From positions 1 through 20,625 of the forward strand of contig JBDRVN010000033.1 of NCBI GenBank assembly GCA_039801885.1: DNA of 20,625 nucleotides, given 5' to 3'. The translations under genes and the position numbers were made by a program. Under the pieces are notes generated by a model. It was not told where the DNA came from and did not search any database. It saw only the letters and a program-made list of their open reading frames with translations. Shown here in pieces: positions 17,978 through 20,625 of the stretch. This DNA comes from a candidate division WOR-3 bacterium. GTDB lineage: Bacteria; Hydrothermota; Tepidihabitantia; Tepidihabitantales; DTDR01. Each line of letters opens with the position of its first letter. Positions within the stretch are counted from its first letter, which is position 1.

Positions 17978-19072
17978 TTATAAAACTAAAGGACCTTTAT
18001 CACTTTGCGAAAGTAAAATAACCTCTTTTTCTCTAAAAAGAATCAAATCCTCAATTCTTACACCACCAATATTAGGAAGATAAATACCCGGTTCAATTGT
18101 AAAAATCATATTCGGTTTTATCTTATCCTTAGAAAGAAAAGAAACCCAGGGTCTTTCGTGAACCTCTAAACCAACTCCGTGTCCTAAACCATGACCAAAA
18201 TATTTGTCATAACCTTTATCTTTTATATAACTTCTTGCCTTAAAATCAACATCTTTTGTCTTAATCTTTTTATTTTTATCCTCTCTTAAAAAATCAATTG
18301 CTCTACTTTGAGCATCGTAAACAATCTGATATATCTTTTTAAGTTCGTTATCAACTTTTCCTAAAAATACTGTCCTTGTCATATCCGAACAGTAGCCGTT
18401 ATATTTCATACCAATATCAATCACAATCGCCTCTCCAAATTTTATTTTCTTCTCACTTGCCCTGGCGTGGGGTAAAGCTGAATTTTCACCACCGGCAACA
18501 ATTACCGGAAAAGCAATCTCACCTTCTTTTCTAAATTCATTTTCAATAAACAAGGCTAAATCTTTTTCCCTAACCCCTTCTTTTATTTCATTCAATAACT
18601 TATTAAAAACCTCATCAGTAATCCTTGCTGCTTTACTTATTAACTTTATCTCCTCTTCATCTTTTATTGCCCTTAATTCTTCTTTTATAAAATTAGGCAA
18701 AGGTAAAACCTTGAGCCTTTTATTCCGTTTTTTAAAGTAATCTAAAATCTTATTATAATTATCAACATTAACACTCTCCCTTTCAATTCCCAACCTTTTC
18801 AATTTCAGAAATTCTTTTGGTGGCGAAGTAAAAAAATTCCTTTTGATAATAATTATTTTGTCAGCACTAACTTCTCTTTCACTTTGTAACTCATATCGAA
18901 AATCAGTATAGAAATATACTTTTCCCTCAAAGAATAGAAGATAACCATTGCTACCGGTAAACCCACAAAGATAGCGAATATTAAACAAATCAGTAACCAA
19001 AAAGCTATCTAAATTCTTTTTTAATAGATATTGAAAAACCTTTTTCTGTCGATCTTTATAAATTTCTTTCAT
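17978..19072 (-). CDS. Xaa-Pro aminopeptidase (M24B)
   Basis: YLCGFTGS, TDFRY, SALPH, D.G..Y.SDMTRT, HGLGHGVGLEVHE, TIEPGIY, GVRIED; typical position upstream of efp. Confidence 0.95.
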   Translation of the reverse strand: MKEIYKDRQKKVFQYLLKKNLDSFLVTDLFNIRYLCGFTGSNGYLLFFEGKVYFYTDFRYELQSEREVSADKIIIIKRNFFTSPPKEFLKLKRLGIERESVNVDNYNKILDYFKKRNKRLKVLPLPNFIKEELRAIKDEEEIKLISKAARITDEVFNKLLNEIKEGVREKDLALFIENEFRKEGEIAFPVIVAGGENSALPHARASEKKIKFGEAIVIDIGMKYNGYCSDMTRTVFLGKVDNELKKIYQIVYDAQSRAIDFLREDKNKKIKTKDVDFKARSYIKDKGYDKYFGHGLGHGVGLEVHERPWVSFLSKDKIKPNMIFTIEPGIYLPNIGGVRIEDLILFREKEVILLSQSDKGPLVL

Positions 19073-19078
19073 TGAAAT

Positions 19079-19107
19079 ATTTTAAAGAAGAAAATTAATT
19101 AAGTCAA
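19079..19107 (-). promoter_or_regulatory. sigma70 promoter, probable leaderless peptidase-efp-accC transcript
   Basis: TTGACT (19107-19102), 17 bp spacer, TAAAAT (19084-19079), 6 nt before ATG 19072. Confidence 0.78.
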
Positions 19108-19112
19108 TTAAA

Positions 19113-19141
19113 TTGACATAAGAAGAAAATTGGGCTATATT
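19113..19141 (+). promoter_or_regulatory. sigma70 promoter of rnpB
   Basis: TTGACA (19113-19118), 17 bp spacer, TATATT (19136-19141). Confidence 0.75.
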
Positions 19142-19153
19142 TATTTTTAGTGA

Positions 19154-19508
19154 GGTGGCGGGATGAGGTGGTCGCGGTGGGCATTATGCTCACTGAGGAA
19201 ACTCCGGACTCGCGCCAACCCGGATACTTCGGGCAACCGAAGGCTATCTTGTCGCAAGGCAAGGTAGACGGAAAGTGTCACAGAAACGCAAACCGCCAGC
19301 GGTCTCACATTATTTGTGGGATGCGGGCAAGGGTGAAACAGTGCGGTAAGAGCGCACTACCTTGTTTCGTAAGGAACAAGGTGGACAAACCCTATCCGGA
19401 GCAAGGTCAAATAAGGGCAAGAGTTTGGTTGGCACTCGTTCGAGCCCTGGGTAGACCGCCTTAGATAAATGACCACCTAAACAGAATCCGGGTTATCATC
19501 CCACCACC
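19154..19508 (+). ncRNA. rnpB: RNase P RNA, bacterial type A, lacking P18
   Basis: GAGGAAAcTCCGGACTC, AGTGTCACAGAAA, AAGGGTGAAA, GCGGTAAGAGCGC, GAGCAAG, ACAGAATCCGGgTTAT; P1 GGTGG(C)GGGATGA/TCATCCCACCACC and P2 AGGTGGTC/GACCACCT pair; GC-rich island in an AT-rich window. Confidence 0.97.
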
Positions 19509-19730
19509 CTTTTTACACAATTATATAAACTACTTGCCTTATTCTCAAAAAACAAATAATCCAATTTTTAACACCCCTCTTTTAAATTAAAATCTTCTAT
19601 TATGTACGAAGCAATTTCCAGCCTGCTTTTTGTAATTTTATATACTTCTCTCACTTTAATTGACATATCTTACTATGCCTTTTATTTATTTTTCTAGGGT
19701 GGTCTCCTCACCCAGCCCATCCCTAACAAG

Positions 19731-19874
19731 TCATTTAAGCCTTACATAATCCTTAAACATAAATTTATTATTAAAGCCATTAATAAAAGTATAGTTATGA
19801 GCACTAATAAAAGTATTATTATTACTGTTAATAAAGGCATTATTATTCCCATTAATAATAATCTTATTATCCAT
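19731..19874 (-). CDS. putative 47-aa Asn-rich repeat micro-protein
   Basis: MDNKII INGNNNAF INSNNNTF ISAHNYTF INGFNNKF MFKDYVRLK*; G-rich sequence upstream; some repeat differences are synonymous in this frame. Confidence 0.35.
   Translation of the reverse strand: MDNKIIINGNNNAFINSNNNTFISAHNYTFINGFNNKFMFKDYVRLK
19761..19856. repeat. degenerate 24-bp tandem repeat x4
   Basis: Minus-strand units ATTAATGGGAATAATAATGCCTTT / ATTAACAGTAATAATAATACTTTT / ATTAGTGCTCATAACTATACTTTT / ATTAATGGCTTTAATAATAAATTT. Confidence 0.75.
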
Positions 19875-19992
19875 ATACCTAATCCCTACCCTGTATCATT
19901 CCCCCAATAGGGATTTTTCTTCCCTTTATTTTTCAATTCTATTTATTTTATTAATATTAGGTAAAGGCTTTGCTCTTCCTTTCTATATATAA

Positions 19993-20019
19993 GACGGAAA
20001 AGACCTCCTTCAGATTACC
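19993..20019 (-). promoter_or_regulatory. possible ECF-sigma-type promoter
   Basis: GGTAAT (20019-20014), 17 bp spacer, CGTC (19996-19993); resembles the AAC-N16/17-CGT ECF consensus. Confidence 0.35.
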
Positions 20020-20029
20020 GCTTTTTTAT

Positions 20030-20058
20030 ATAGTAAAGAAAATTTTTAAATCAAGCAA
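20030..20058 (-). promoter_or_regulatory. putative leftward sigma70 promoter
   Basis: TTGCTT (20058-20053), 17 bp spacer, TACTAT (20035-20030); back-to-back with the MTase promoter. Confidence 0.5.
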
Positions 20059-20059
20059 T

Positions 20060-20087
20060 TTGACTTTTAAAAAGGGATATCTATAAT
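20060..20087 (+). promoter_or_regulatory. sigma70 promoter of the DNA MTase
   Basis: TTGACT (20060-20065), 16 bp spacer, TATAAT (20082-20087), 8 nt before ATG 20096. Confidence 0.72.
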
Positions 20088-20095
20088 TTCTTAAA

Positions 20096-20625
20096 ATGAG
20101 ATTAGGTAAATTTGAAATTGATAATATTTATTGGGGAGATGCTTTACAGTTAATAAAAGAAATCCCTGATAATTCAATTGATTTAATTGTGACTGACCCA
20201 CCTTTTGCTATTGATTTTAAGGCAAAAAGAAATAACTATCATCGGAAAGAAGAAAGGGTATTAGAAGGTTATTGTGAGATACCAAAAGATAAATATTATG
20301 AATTTTCTGTTAACTGGCTAAAAGAAGGTTATCGGATATTAAAAGATACTGGTAGTCTTTATTTATTTTCTGGCTGGACAAATCTAAAAGATATTTTAAA
20401 TGCTTTAGAAGAAACTAAATTTATTATTATTAATCACATGATTTGGAAATATCAGTTTGGAGTTTATAACAAAAGAAAATTTGTCACCAGTCATTACCAT
20501 ATTCTCTTTGCTTGCAAAAATGAAAAGAAATATAAGTTTAATAAGATTGAACATTATCCAGAAGATGTTTGGATAATCAATCGGGAATATTGGACAAACA
20601 AGATAAAAACACCAACAAAACTTCC
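20096..20625 (+). CDS. site-specific DNA amino-methyltransferase, beta class (N6_N4_Mtase), 3'-truncated by the window edge
   Basis: MRLGKFEIDNIYWGDALQLIKEIPDNSIDLIVTDPPF...YRILKDTGSLY...NHMIWKY...EDVW...; motif IV DPPF near the N-terminus; not in the ORF track. Confidence 0.93.
   Translation, partial: MRLGKFEIDNIYWGDALQLIKEIPDNSIDLIVTDPPFAIDFKAKRNNYHRKEERVLEGYCEIPKDKYYEFSVNWLKEGYRILKDTGSLYLFSGWTNLKDILNALEETKFIIINHMIWKYQFGVYNKRKFVTSHYHILFACKNEKKYKFNKIEHYPEDVWIINREYWTNKIKTPTKL

Noticed and set aside
19150..19464. 104-aa ORF MRWRDEVV...
   Set aside because: It coincides with the RNase P RNA gene; spurious ORF caused by high local GC.
19660..19690. Plus-strand TTGACA as an antisense-RNA promoter
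   Set aside because: No TANNNT -10 box at 16-18 bp spacing.
19761..19856. Repeat interpreted as a CRISPR array or DGR template
   Set aside because: Units are contiguous and degenerate with no spacers; no cas or reverse transcriptase gene and no matching variable region in the window.

Overview
AT-rich (~30% GC by eye) bacterial chromosomal window made mostly of housekeeping genes. Plus strand: rpsP-khpA-trmD-miaB, then lapA-lapB-mutS. Minus strand: a two-gene ABC module directly behind tRNA-Pro(GGG), and a lipoprotein + GT-C glycosyltransferase pair. Next come two convergent secreted repeat proteins with T9SS-like C-tails, hpf-hprK-EIIA (-), iscU plus a 54-aa 4xCxxC protein absent from the ORF track (+), pepP-efp-accC-ICMT-like (-), RNase P RNA (+), a ~590-bp region with its own leftward promoter and a 24-bp tandem repeat, and a truncated beta-class DNA methyltransferase. 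An FCB-group diderm, possibly WOR-3-like, is inferred from lapAB, the CTD tails and the TrmD YKG motif. No CRISPR, transposase or phage genes were seen. Main oddities: EF-P has Gln at the normally modified Lys/Arg tip, and tRNA-Pro has a re-registered D-loop; the RNase P RNA lacks P18 and has a flipped P4 base pair; most operon-first genes look leaderless; CCGG is strongly enriched while GATC is depleted; and there is an Asn-rich repeat micro-ORF. No complete novel multi-gene system can be demonstrated from the sequence alone.
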